Program-made: the position numbers and the translations under genes
The notes under the pieces: model-generated
Told to the model about the DNA's origin: nothing
The model's database searches: none
Seen by the model: the letters and a program-made list of their open reading frames with translations, nothing else
Source: Ignavibacteriota bacterium
GTDB lineage: Bacteria; Bacteroidota; Ignavibacteria; UBA10030; UBA6906
NCBI GenBank assembly: GCA_963801355.1
Contig: CAWDEM010000008.1
Span: 2,944,001 to 3,008,000 of the forward strand
Length of the DNA stretch: 64,000 bases
Direction: 5' to 3'
Shown: positions 28,507 to 37,583 of the stretch, piece after piece
Numbering within the stretch: position 1 is the first letter of the stretch
How the letters are laid out: each line of letters starts with the position of its first letter

Positions 28507-30585
28507 TTATTTCACGAGGAATTTCTCCTTGAACGTCGGGGACTTCCCCGCCATTTTCAGGAACCGGTCCAGGGGCACCACTTCGAAACCCGGGCCAAGT
28601 TTATCGAGTATCCCCTTTACCCGCTTGACGTCGCTTGACTCGCGCACGTGCATGAGCAGGAAGTAGGGGCGCCGGTCGTTGATGCGGGCAAGCTCCTGCA
28701 GATCAGCCACCGCATCGGCTTCCGGACGCTCGGGGGAAAGATAATAATCATACGAAATGAAGGGCTTCCCGTCACGCACAGTGAACGTGTACGAGGGGAC
28801 GTAGCCGTTCACGAAACCAATGGCTTCGGGCATTCCCTCATAGTACATATCAACAACGGCTTTGGGCAGTTCGGTGTTCCCTTCCACCGTTGCGCCTTCG
28901 GAAAAGTCCATGGTCTCGAACACTGTGAGATCGAGTGTCTTCATCTGCTCCCGCGCCATCGCAATGAGCTTCTTGAGAAGATGCGGTGGAACGGCTTTCG
29001 GATACATGTACCCCGGACCGGAGAGACACCCGATGAAGTAATCATTCGGTGTTGCCATGGTATAGAAGTACTCCGCCATGGAGGGGGCCATCCAGGTGTA
29101 GTTCATCAGTACCTCCCAGGCATAGGGGATTTCGCCCCGTCCCGGTTTCAACCACGCACCCAGGCCGATCCCGTCAGTCTGTATACACGTAATATAGACC
29201 TTGTTCTCCGGCGTGTACTCCTTGCCCGGAACAATGGTATGATTGTTCTTGTATACAAAGCCCTGTGAGGCGGGCAGCTGGGCGCTGAAGCTCAGGTTGG
29301 GAAGGGTGTGCAGGCCTTCAACGCGGTGACCGTAGGTGGATGTGAGCTTCACAAATTCCCGCTCGAGATCCTTTGCATACGAGTGCCACCCCATCACCAT
29401 GGACATCGGTTTCATTTCGCGCAGAAGCCGGTTCGCCAGCGCGTATTCGGCTGTATCCGTCGTGCGGCAGGAAAGGTCGTTGAAAAACACATTCTTATAT
29501 ATCCCCCAATCCGCCACCGCGGGCTTCATGATGTCGCCGTGTTCCCCGCCGAGCCAGATGATGAATTCCTTGCTGCACCGCGGCCAGTACTGCGCATAGG
29601 CCCATGCATAGATCTGGGCGTCGGTCTGGCCGGTGAACCTGCCGCGGAAATCCTCGATCCGTTTCAATCCGAGCTGCTCCGCAAGGGGAATCTGATCCTC
29701 GCTCAAGACAACGGCATTCTCAAGACCTGCAACCGTGAACGCAACGATGAGCGATGTGCGGACCTTCTTGTCCCATACCACATACCCTTTCACGTCCTTC
29801 ACAAGCGTGCGCAGGGCTTCCTCCGGCGACTTCAATGTGCGGAACGTGTAGTGCCGTTTGTCGCGGTAGAAATCGTATACGGATTGCACGTACGTGAACG
29901 GCCAGTCTTTCGGATACAGAATGTACATCCGCGGTCCGCTCTTGTTGACGATCCCCTGCAGGCTGATCAGCATGGCCTGAACATCCAGACGCCCGCGGAC
30001 TTCCCAGTTGTCTTCCAGCGTGATTGCGTACGCCTCCTTCGATCCCGACCGTTTCAGGCGGAATGTCATGGGCGGTCCTGACGTCCGTGTGGAACGGGTG
30101 AGGTCATACGTCAGTAATTCGCCGTCGGGGGAAAGCTCGAAGCGATGCGTCACACTCTCCGGATGACTTCCCTGTGACCCCACGATCTGAAATGTCTCCT
30201 CCACGCGGAATAGTCCGGGGCTTTCACGCTTGGCGCTGACTTTTCGCGTGCCCCCGACCGGCATGGAGAGTCCCATGAAGACGTTCGTCGGGAAGACCCT
30301 GTTGTTCACGGCCACAGAGACCTGGCTCCCATCCAGCGGGAGGCGGAGTGAGTCCCTGAAGATCCTCTCTTTGCCGAACTGCCGGATAAGGGTAAGATGC
30401 GTGTCGGAGAAGCGCACGTCCACGGACAGGCTTCCGTACAGATCGATGTCCGTGCTTTGCGCGGCAAGGGATTCCCATTTGCCTTCAATACCGGAAGCGC
30501 CGGAGGCGGTGGCGCAGAGGGTGGTGAGGAACGTCGCAAACAGGGCGGTCAGGAACATTGAGGAAAGTACCGTCAGACGGTGCAT
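28507..30585 (-). CDS. GxGYxYP-domain putative glycoside hydrolase, paralog 2
   Basis: Signal peptide; ISLQGIVN...PRMY, RGEIPYAW, TPNDYFIGCLSGPGYMYP; colinear with paralog 1. Confidence 0.85.
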   Translation of the reverse strand: MHRLTVLSSMFLTALFATFLTTLCATASGASGIEGKWESLAAQSTDIDLYGSLSVDVRFSDTHLTLIRQFGKERIFRDSLRLPLDGSQVSVAVNNRVFPTNVFMGLSMPVGGTRKVSAKRESPGLFRVEETFQIVGSQGSHPESVTHRFELSPDGELLTYDLTRSTRTSGPPMTFRLKRSGSKEAYAITLEDNWEVRGRLDVQAMLISLQGIVNKSGPRMYILYPKDWPFTYVQSVYDFYRDKRHYTFRTLKSPEEALRTLVKDVKGYVVWDKKVRTSLIVAFTVAGLENAVVLSEDQIPLAEQLGLKRIEDFRGRFTGQTDAQIYAWAYAQYWPRCSKEFIIWLGGEHGDIMKPAVADWGIYKNVFFNDLSCRTTDTAEYALANRLLREMKPMSMVMGWHSYAKDLEREFVKLTSTYGHRVEGLHTLPNLSFSAQLPASQGFVYKNNHTIVPGKEYTPENKVYITCIQTDGIGLGAWLKPGRGEIPYAWEVLMNYTWMAPSMAEYFYTMATPNDYFIGCLSGPGYMYPKAVPPHLLKKLIAMAREQMKTLDLTVFETMDFSEGATVEGNTELPKAVVDMYYEGMPEAIGFVNGYVPSYTFTVRDGKPFISYDYYLSPERPEADAVADLQELARINDRRPYFLLMHVRESSDVKRVKGILDKLGPGFEVVPLDRFLKMAGKSPTFKEKFLVK

Positions 30586-30627
30586 GATATCTCTCCGTGG
30601 GGAATATTTGTCATGTCAGAATATATT

Positions 30628-31374
30628 TTACAGTCCGCTGAAGCGATCGAGGAATGCCCGTTCGGGATCCGAAAGACTCTGGACACCCTGCGTCTCGATC
30701 TTGCCCATGATCCGGTCGAACTCCGTACGGTTGACTTCGTGCATTGTCGAACGGTCGATCTTGCGCCACCGCTCGATCGTGCCGCGATTCAACGGCGGTG
30801 GAGCAAGTTTTTCCTTGAACCGCCGCGACGGCATCCGCCATTCCCGGAATTTGAGGAACAGGTATCCCCCGAGGAACCCGCCCAGGTGTGCGAAGTGTGC
30901 AATGTTCCCCGCTCCGGAGATCCCACCGAAGATCGAAAGGACGATCATGATGACTATCAGATACCTTGCCTCGATGGGTACCACTCCCCAGATGAGCAAC
31001 CGGTCGCGCGGCCAGAACCGGGCGTAAGCCAGCAGGACTCCGTAGACTGCGCCCGACGCTCCTACAATGGCCACATATGGTGTAATGCACGAAAGGAGCG
31101 CGCCCGCGATGCCACTCATGAAATAGAGGAGGAGAAAATCGCGGTCGCCCATCTCCGCTTCGAGCCGCGGTCCGAAAAACAGCAGGCCGAGCATGTTGAA
31201 CAGTATGTGGAACGTGCCCTCATGGAGAAACATGTAGGTTACCACCGTCCAGGGCCGATCGAGTGTAAGCGCCGGCACGAACATGAGGCTCATCATAATC
31301 GCTGGCCGCACGGAAGTCAGCACAAACATCACCACGTTTGCCAGAATAAGACGGGACGTCCAGGAATTCATCAC
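30628..31374 (-). CDS. Rhomboid-family intramembrane serine protease
   Basis: PWTVVTYMFLH...HILFNM, GASG catalytic Ser, AHFAHLGG. Confidence 0.93.
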   Translation of the reverse strand: MMNSWTSRLILANVVMFVLTSVRPAIMMSLMFVPALTLDRPWTVVTYMFLHEGTFHILFNMLGLLFFGPRLEAEMGDRDFLLLYFMSGIAGALLSCITPYVAIVGASGAVYGVLLAYARFWPRDRLLIWGVVPIEARYLIVIMIVLSIFGGISGAGNIAHFAHLGGFLGGYLFLKFREWRMPSRRFKEKLAPPPLNRGTIERWRKIDRSTMHEVNRTEFDRIMGKIETQGVQSLSDPERAFLDRFSGL

Positions 31375-31419
31375 GTGCGTTGGTCTTTCATAAATGGAAA
31401 AGTGCCGGATCCTTCACTT

Positions 31420-31929
31420 CTACTCTGATTTCTTGGGCTTCTCCGAGGAGGCCTGAAACCAGATCCCCGCCGCCGCAAGAACAATCATGATCGGCGTTGC
31501 CAGGGATGGGGAAAGCTGGAACGCACCCACCAGCAGGTACGCACCCACGACGGAGGAAAGAATAATCAACGCCCATTTCAGAAGGAAATGGGCGAGGACG
31601 ATACCCAGGAGCGCGCAGAGGATCACCGGAATCCACGGGAACCCCTGGGGCAGCCATCCCATGTAATCTGCGAGAGCGTATCCTGCGTATCCGCCGCCGA
31701 GGATTCCAGCCAGGAAGACTCCCACCTTTTCAATGAAGAATGCAACGGCAAACCCCGCCAGGCCGCCCATGATCATCGCTGCGATCATGACGCCGTTTGA
31801 CGGGTGTTGAAGATACATGCCGGCAAGTGCGATGCCTGCCATGGCACCGAGAGCGGTAAGGAACAACGCCAGCCCCTTGCGTCCGAATATAAGAAGGGCC
31901 GCACCAATCACCCCTTGAACAATTTGCAT
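31420..31929 (-). CDS. Small polytopic membrane protein (DUF4203/TMEM198-like)
   Basis: Almost entirely hydrophobic, Gly-rich helices; LLIFGRK...IILSSVVGAY...GIWFQ pattern. Confidence 0.6.
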   Translation of the reverse strand: MQIVQGVIGAALLIFGRKGLALFLTALGAMAGIALAGMYLQHPSNGVMIAAMIMGGLAGFAVAFFIEKVGVFLAGILGGGYAGYALADYMGWLPQGFPWIPVILCALLGIVLAHFLLKWALIILSSVVGAYLLVGAFQLSPSLATPIMIVLAAAGIWFQASSEKPKKSE

Positions 31930-31932
31930 GAT

Positions 31933-33963
31933 TCAGCTCCTTTCAACGGCTTCGAGCAATATTTCGGCTATATCCTTCACCTCCACCGGAGTGGATGGAC
32001 TCTGCTCTTTTACGCCATCGCTGAGCATTGTCAGGCAGAACGGGCAGCCCGTTGCGATGGCTGCCGCACCCGTCGAAAGCGCTTCTTCCGTCCGTTCGAT
32101 GTTGATCCGTTTGCCTTCCCGCTCCTCCATCCACATCCGCCCGCCTCCCGCACCGCAACAGAAGCTCCTGTCGTGCGACCTTTTCATCTCCACCTGCGTC
32201 AGCGCAGGAATTGCCCTGAGAACATCGCGTGGCGCATCGTACGTCCCATGATAGCGCCCCAGATAGCACGGATCATGGAACGTGATCTTTCCCTCATGTC
32301 CCCGCGCAATCCTCAGCCTGCCCTCCCGCACGAGATCCCGCAGCAATTCCGCGTGATGCACTACTGTGTACTCGCCTCCGAATTGCGCGTATTCTTTCCC
32401 CAGCGCCTGCAAGCAATGTGGACAGGTGACAACGATCTTTTTCACACCGTAGCCGTTGAGCGTTGCGATGTTTTCAGCCATTAGTGTCTGCGCAAGGTAT
32501 TCATTACCCGCACGCCTGGCCGGATCACCCGTGCACTTTTCCTCTGTGCCAAGTATCGCAAAATCGACGCCTGCCATTTTCAGCAGCCGGACGAAGGCCC
32601 GGCTCACTTTCTGATAACGTGCATCGTACGATCCCGCACATCCCACCCAAAAAAGAAACTCCGCCTTCTTCACGTCCGCCATAAGCGGCACATCCAATCC
32701 TTCGGCCCAGTCGGCCCGTGACGCATGTCCGAACGCCCACGGAGTGTAATTCCGTTCAAGATTCGAAAACACAGTCTTCAACTCATCGGGGAAGCGCGAC
32801 TCGTTCAGCACGAGGCCGCGGCGCATTTCCACAATCGCATCCACGTGCTCGATCATCACCGGGCACTCCTGCACACACGCCATGCAGGTTGTGCACGCCC
32901 AGAGTTCCTGTTCGGTTATATAGTTATCAAGAAGCTGATGTCCAAGAATGCGCTCCCGTTCGCGCTCGCGTCCCCGTTCGCGTTCACGTTCCGCTTCGCC
33001 GGCAGCGGGGGCCTGCAGCAGAACTTTCGCCTTCTCGATCGTGCGTGCACGGAGATCCACAAAGATCTTCTTCGGATTCAGAAGCTTCCCGGTGGCCTGT
33101 GCCGGACAGGCAGCGCTGCATCTGCCGCATTCGGTGCAGGTGTAGCCGTTCAACAATTGCTTCCAGGTGAAGTCCTCAACATCGGCTGCACCGAATTTCA
33201 CGGCCGTTTCATCCGCAAGATTCACCGGTGCAAGCGCGCCCGTCGGGCCGAGGTTCGAACAATACACGTTGGGCACCGACGTGAGAATATGGAGATGCTT
33301 GGAAAACGGCAGGTAGTTCAGAAATAGCAGCACCACCAGAATGTGCTTCCAGAAGAACAGGGCATACCACGTCTGCACCGTGCCTTCGCTCGCACCGCCG
33401 AATATCCTGGAAAGTCCGGCGGAGATGATTCGCCCGTCTCCGTATCCTTCGCCGCGCAGGGCGATGCCTGCTGCGTTCTGTCCGAACATGGTCAGCATCA
33501 CCACAAGAATCAACACGAGGATCACCGCGGCATCCCACCTGGCATGTCCTTCAACATCGAGCCGCGGAGGAGGAGCAATGAACCGGCGCAGGAGTGATAC
33601 GACAACGGCAACCACGACAATCGCTCCGATAATTTCCTGCAGGAAGAGCAATGGCACGTGCAGCGGGCCCAGGAACGCAAGCGAGAATCCCGGTGCGAAT
33701 CCCTGCACTATGGATTCCCCCACCGCCGTCAACAGGATGACAAAACCCCAGAAGATGCAGAAGTGCAGGATGCCCGCGAAGGGCTCACGGAGGAGTTTGC
33801 TCTGGCCGAATGCAATGGCAGCCACCCGCAGCAACCGTTTTCCAGGTTGAGTGGAGCGGTCTTCCTTCTTCCCCAGCCGCAGGATGCGCACCAGCCGCCG
33901 GACGTTCCAGGCAAAGTACCCCATCGCGCCAAAGAATACCAGGGCAAATACTACTCGCTCCAT
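31933..33963 (-). CDS. Membrane-bound Fe-S oxidoreductase (FadF/HdrD/GlpC-like, CCG domains)
   Basis: TM N-terminus with FSKHLH; CTECGRCSAACP and CTTCMACVQECP 4Fe-4S motifs; GC...CTGD...CPHC and HDPC...CCGAGGG...CPFC. Start at ATG 33963. Confidence 0.92.
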   Translation of the reverse strand: MERVVFALVFFGAMGYFAWNVRRLVRILRLGKKEDRSTQPGKRLLRVAAIAFGQSKLLREPFAGILHFCIFWGFVILLTAVGESIVQGFAPGFSLAFLGPLHVPLLFLQEIIGAIVVVAVVVSLLRRFIAPPPRLDVEGHARWDAAVILVLILVVMLTMFGQNAAGIALRGEGYGDGRIISAGLSRIFGGASEGTVQTWYALFFWKHILVVLLFLNYLPFSKHLHILTSVPNVYCSNLGPTGALAPVNLADETAVKFGAADVEDFTWKQLLNGYTCTECGRCSAACPAQATGKLLNPKKIFVDLRARTIEKAKVLLQAPAAGEAERERERGRERERERILGHQLLDNYITEQELWACTTCMACVQECPVMIEHVDAIVEMRRGLVLNESRFPDELKTVFSNLERNYTPWAFGHASRADWAEGLDVPLMADVKKAEFLFWVGCAGSYDARYQKVSRAFVRLLKMAGVDFAILGTEEKCTGDPARRAGNEYLAQTLMAENIATLNGYGVKKIVVTCPHCLQALGKEYAQFGGEYTVVHHAELLRDLVREGRLRIARGHEGKITFHDPCYLGRYHGTYDAPRDVLRAIPALTQVEMKRSHDRSFCCGAGGGRMWMEEREGKRINIERTEEALSTGAAAIATGCPFCLTMLSDGVKEQSPSTPVEVKDIAEILLEAVERS

Positions 33964-34002
33964 GATGCCATCCTCATATGATCGCAGCTGCATCTCCGCA
34001 TC

Positions 34003-34902
34003 TTATCGCAGCCGCATTTCCGTAGTAAACACCGTCACCGCGCGTCCGCTGATTTCCACCGACGTCACTTTCCCTCCGCTGATGCCGAGCGCAATCGTCA
34101 CCCTGCCACGACGGCCGATGGCATCTCCCTGTTCACCGATAAGGGTCGCTGATTCTCCATGAACCTGAACGAGACCCTGTTCCACAAGGTAGACGCCGAG
34201 CGGGCCGTTCGCAGAGCCGGTAACGGGGTCTTCGGTGATGCCTTCGGCCGGACAGAAAAACCGCGAATGCACCGCCGACTCCCGGTCCACCGTGTCAGTC
34301 GTGAACACACAGATTCCGCCGATGTGATGGTGCCGTTGGAACGCATCGATTGCCGAATAGTCCGGATGCACTCCGAAGAGCACCTGCCGGTCGATCACCG
34401 GAACGTACAGATACTTGTCGGCAAGAATCGGAAGCGCTGGATGCAGATCACGTCCGTTCAATCGCAGCATTCCGAGCACTGCATCGCGGTGCTGGTAGCC
34501 CGGCTGAAAACGGGGTACGGGAAGACCGAAGTGCACGATTGCCCCCGGCGTGCCCCGTTCCACCAGAACCGGAAGGATGCCCGACCGTGTCTCCACACGA
34601 AACGTCTTCCGCGCCTGCTCTCCTGTCCCGTGCAGCCGCTCTTCGGCTACTGCATGAAATGTCGCAATCGTCGCGTGACCGCACAAGGCCACTTCGCTGG
34701 CCGGAGTGAACCACCGCAGACGGAGGTCCGCCCCTGTGGCGGTGGGAGGCAAAAGGAAAGCGGTCTCCGAGAGCGCCATCTCCTGCGCGATTGCCTGCAT
34801 CATTACATCCGTGAGCCCTTCGCCATGCAGCACGACTGCCGCCGGGTTTCCTTGAAGAGGCTTCTCGGTAAATGCATCGACCTGCTTTATGATGATGTTC
34901 AT
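34003..34902 (-). CDS. PhzF-family isomerase/epimerase
   Basis: QVDAFT...GNPAAV, SETAF, EVALCGHATIA, EDPVTGSANG. Confidence 0.93.
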   Translation of the reverse strand: MNIIIKQVDAFTEKPLQGNPAAVVLHGEGLTDVMMQAIAQEMALSETAFLLPPTATGADLRLRWFTPASEVALCGHATIATFHAVAEERLHGTGEQARKTFRVETRSGILPVLVERGTPGAIVHFGLPVPRFQPGYQHRDAVLGMLRLNGRDLHPALPILADKYLYVPVIDRQVLFGVHPDYSAIDAFQRHHHIGGICVFTTDTVDRESAVHSRFFCPAEGITEDPVTGSANGPLGVYLVEQGLVQVHGESATLIGEQGDAIGRRGRVTIALGISGGKVTSVEISGRAVTVFTTEMRLR

Positions 34903-34906
34903 GATG

Positions 34907-35641
34907 TCAGAGCCTCACTGCGCAAAGGGTTGACCGTTCGCGGATGTAGAACAGCATGCCTTCATGTATGAAAAACGCGTCGGGCGCAATCCCCTTCGCC
35001 GCCGCGATGAGAGTGTCCTCGTAGACGACTTTTCCTGTCCGCGCACTCTGCACTTTGAGGAGTTGCACGAGGGGAACCCCCTCCCCCTTCCCGCTCTTGA
35101 CATGCGCAGCAACCACCGTGTGGTCCCCATGGCCGGCGGTTTCCATGGGGCCGACCACCATATTCACGGGCCACCGGGCGAGAACCACGTTCTGAGCCGT
35201 TTCCGGCCCCTGAGGGTCGTGCACTGTTGGAAAAACAGTTCCCCGGGCTGAATCCGCGGCGGAATGTGGCACCCCGGCCCCGGCCAGTGCTTGTTCGTCT
35301 CCCGTCCATTCTGCATCAGACCAGACGCACGTCCCGCTGGGAATATCCACAACTGTCACTCCACGCGGCATCGGAAAATCCGGAGAGGTGAACCCATGCA
35401 GCACGAGTCTGTCGCCGCTGACACGCTCGATGGCCACCCACCAGGCATCGTGAAATTCCCGGTCACGCCAGATGCAGGCTCCCGTCTCCGCATCGAGGGC
35501 GAAGAACAATGTGCGCTTCGCCTCCGGATCACGCACCTCTCCGATGATCTTCCCGTTCACCGGAGGGTGCAAACGCCAGAGCGGTAACCCCGGGGTGAAT
35601 TCCCATGAGCGATGCAACCGGCGTGAGAACAGGATCGTCAT
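34907..35641 (-). CDS. Hypothetical protein, DUF4905-like
   Basis: W..L...IIGEVRD...FFALD.ETG..IW...WW N-terminus and DAFFI..G.LFYIRER C-terminus; coupled to rdgB. Confidence 0.55.
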   Translation of the reverse strand: MTILFSRRLHRSWEFTPGLPLWRLHPPVNGKIIGEVRDPEAKRTLFFALDAETGACIWRDREFHDAWWVAIERVSGDRLVLHGFTSPDFPMPRGVTVVDIPSGTCVWSDAEWTGDEQALAGAGVPHSAADSARGTVFPTVHDPQGPETAQNVVLARWPVNMVVGPMETAGHGDHTVVAAHVKSGKGEGVPLVQLLKVQSARTGKVVYEDTLIAAAKGIAPDAFFIHEGMLFYIRERSTLCAVRL

Positions 35642-36231
35642 TTCTCCTGCCGCAGGAAATTGGCAAAGTTCATGAACGCCCTTGCGCGGTGGCTCAGCAT
35701 GTTCTTCTGCGCAAGCGCCATCTGGCCGAATGTCTCCGTATACCCATCGGGAAGGAAAATGGGATCATATCCGAATCCGCCATCACCGGCTTCCTCTTCC
35801 GTGATGACACCGGAACAAACACCCTGGAACAGGTGATGCATGCCGTCGAGCCGCACGAACGCCACCACGGTTCGGAACCGTGCAGCTCTCCGCCGCGGCG
35901 GAACGCCGCGCAGCGCTTGCAAAAGCTTCTTCCTGTTGTCCGCGTAGGTCGCGTCTTCGCCTGCATAGCGGGATGAATAGACCCCGGGCGCATCATTCAG
36001 ATAGAAGACTTCAAGTCCCGTGTCATCTGCCACAGCCGGGAGCCCCAGCGCGTGAAACGCAGCCTCCGCTTTCTTCAGGGCATTCCCTTCGAGCGTTCCG
36101 GCATCTTCCACGGTCGGCGGGATGTTGGGAAAATCCGCCAACGGCACAAGCATGAAATCCAGTCCGGTGAGGATGCCGCGGATCTCTTCCACTTTGTCAG
36201 GGTTGCGCGTGGCGATGAGCAGTTGGTTCAT
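35638..36231 (-). CDS. rdgB: Non-canonical purine NTP pyrophosphatase (RdgB/Ham1)
   Basis: IATRNPDK.EE, ADDTGL, APGVYSSRYAG, GFGYDPIF, KNMLSHRARA. Confidence 0.96.
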   Translation of the reverse strand: MNQLLIATRNPDKVEEIRGILTGLDFMLVPLADFPNIPPTVEDAGTLEGNALKKAEAAFHALGLPAVADDTGLEVFYLNDAPGVYSSRYAGEDATYADNRKKLLQALRGVPPRRRAARFRTVVAFVRLDGMHHLFQGVCSGVITEEEAGDGGFGYDPIFLPDGYTETFGQMALAQKNMLSHRARAFMNFANFLRQEK

Positions 36232-37583
36232 GGGACGGCCGTTCGTTGGAGGAGACTCCGGAGTTCGGTTTCCGCGTCGCGCAGCGCCCGGTCGACGTCG
36301 AGCGTCGCATATTCATGTTGTCGGTACACCCATTGTCCGTCAATCATCACAGAATGCACGTTGTCCGGCGAACAGGCATGTACGATCGTCCCCGCCAATC
36401 CGTCGAGCGTATCGGGCACCGGCGCACTCCAGGGTTTCTGGAGGTCAAGGAGAACGATGTCGGCCCGCTTCCCCGCAACGATGCTGCCGGTCTCCCGCTC
36501 GATCCCCAGCACGGCAGCCCCCCCGGCGGTCGCCATCTTCAGCACCGTGCGGGCAGGCATGGCCGTAGGCCCGTAACCCGGCTTCTGGATCAGTGCCGCA
36601 AGATGCATCTCCCTGAACATATCGAAGCGGTTGTTGCACGGTGCACCGTCGGCTCCCAGGGATACCGGAATCCCCATGGACATGTACCGGGGAATGTCTG
36701 CAATGCCCGAGCCGAGTTTCATGTTCGACGACGGACAGTGCAGAACACGCGCCTTGCGTTCCCGCATCGCGGTGATTTCGTCGTCGTTCAGCCAGATGCA
36801 GTGCGCAAGGCAGGTGTTGCTCTGCAAGATCCCCAGGTGATCGAAATAGGCGACGTTGTCCATCCCGCAGCGGGCGCGCACGGCGTCGAGCTCATGGCGG
36901 TTCTCGGAGGCGTGCGTGTGGAAGAGCATACCCGGGAAATTGGCGGTCATGGCGTGCGCATCACGCAACAGGGTATCGGTGCAGGAGAGAATGAACCGCG
37001 GGGCAACGGCATAGCGGATGCGGCCGCCGGCACTCCCGTGCCACTGCTCGGCCTGGCGCAATGTGGAACGCACCGCCTCGTCCGTCGCCTCCCTGAACGG
37101 CGGATGCATGGTGTTGAGATCCATCATTGCTTTCCCCACGAATGCGCGCATCCCGGTCTCCGTTATCGCGCGCACAACCTCTTCTTCGTGGTGAATGCTC
37201 CCCATGTCCATAATCGTCGTCGTCCCGCCCCCGATCAGCTCCGCGATGCCGATCCGCGCCGAGGCGTACATCGATGACGGCGAATGTGCCGCTTCCATGG
37301 GAAAGATTCTGGTCTGCAGCCAGTCCAGGAGCTCCATATCCTCCGCAAGGCCGCGGAAAAGTGCCTGGCAAAGGTGAACGTGCGTCTGAACGAATCCGGG
37401 AAGAGCAATCAGGTCCCGCGCGTCGACAACCACATCCACCACCGGGCGCTGTGCGGCAAGCTCTCCCGCGTCGAGCACTCTTGTGATGGTCTGTCCCTCG
37501 ACAAGAATCGCGCCGCCCCGGAGCATGCGGTCATCGCCGTCCATCGTCAACACCGTGCGCGGAACGATGAGCGTCGTCGTCAA
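36228..37583 (-). CDS. MtaD/5'-deoxyadenosine deaminase-like amidohydrolase
   Basis: PGFVQTHVHLCQ, HTHASE, LAHC, HCPSSNMKLGSG, LGADGAPCNN. Confidence 0.85.
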   Translation of the reverse strand: MTTTLIVPRTVLTMDGDDRMLRGGAILVEGQTITRVLDAGELAAQRPVVDVVVDARDLIALPGFVQTHVHLCQALFRGLAEDMELLDWLQTRIFPMEAAHSPSSMYASARIGIAELIGGGTTTIMDMGSIHHEEEVVRAITETGMRAFVGKAMMDLNTMHPPFREATDEAVRSTLRQAEQWHGSAGGRIRYAVAPRFILSCTDTLLRDAHAMTANFPGMLFHTHASENRHELDAVRARCGMDNVAYFDHLGILQSNTCLAHCIWLNDDEITAMRERKARVLHCPSSNMKLGSGIADIPRYMSMGIPVSLGADGAPCNNRFDMFREMHLAALIQKPGYGPTAMPARTVLKMATAGGAAVLGIERETGSIVAGKRADIVLLDLQKPWSAPVPDTLDGLAGTIVHACSPDNVHSVMIDGQWVYRQHEYATLDVDRALRDAETELRSLLQRTAVP

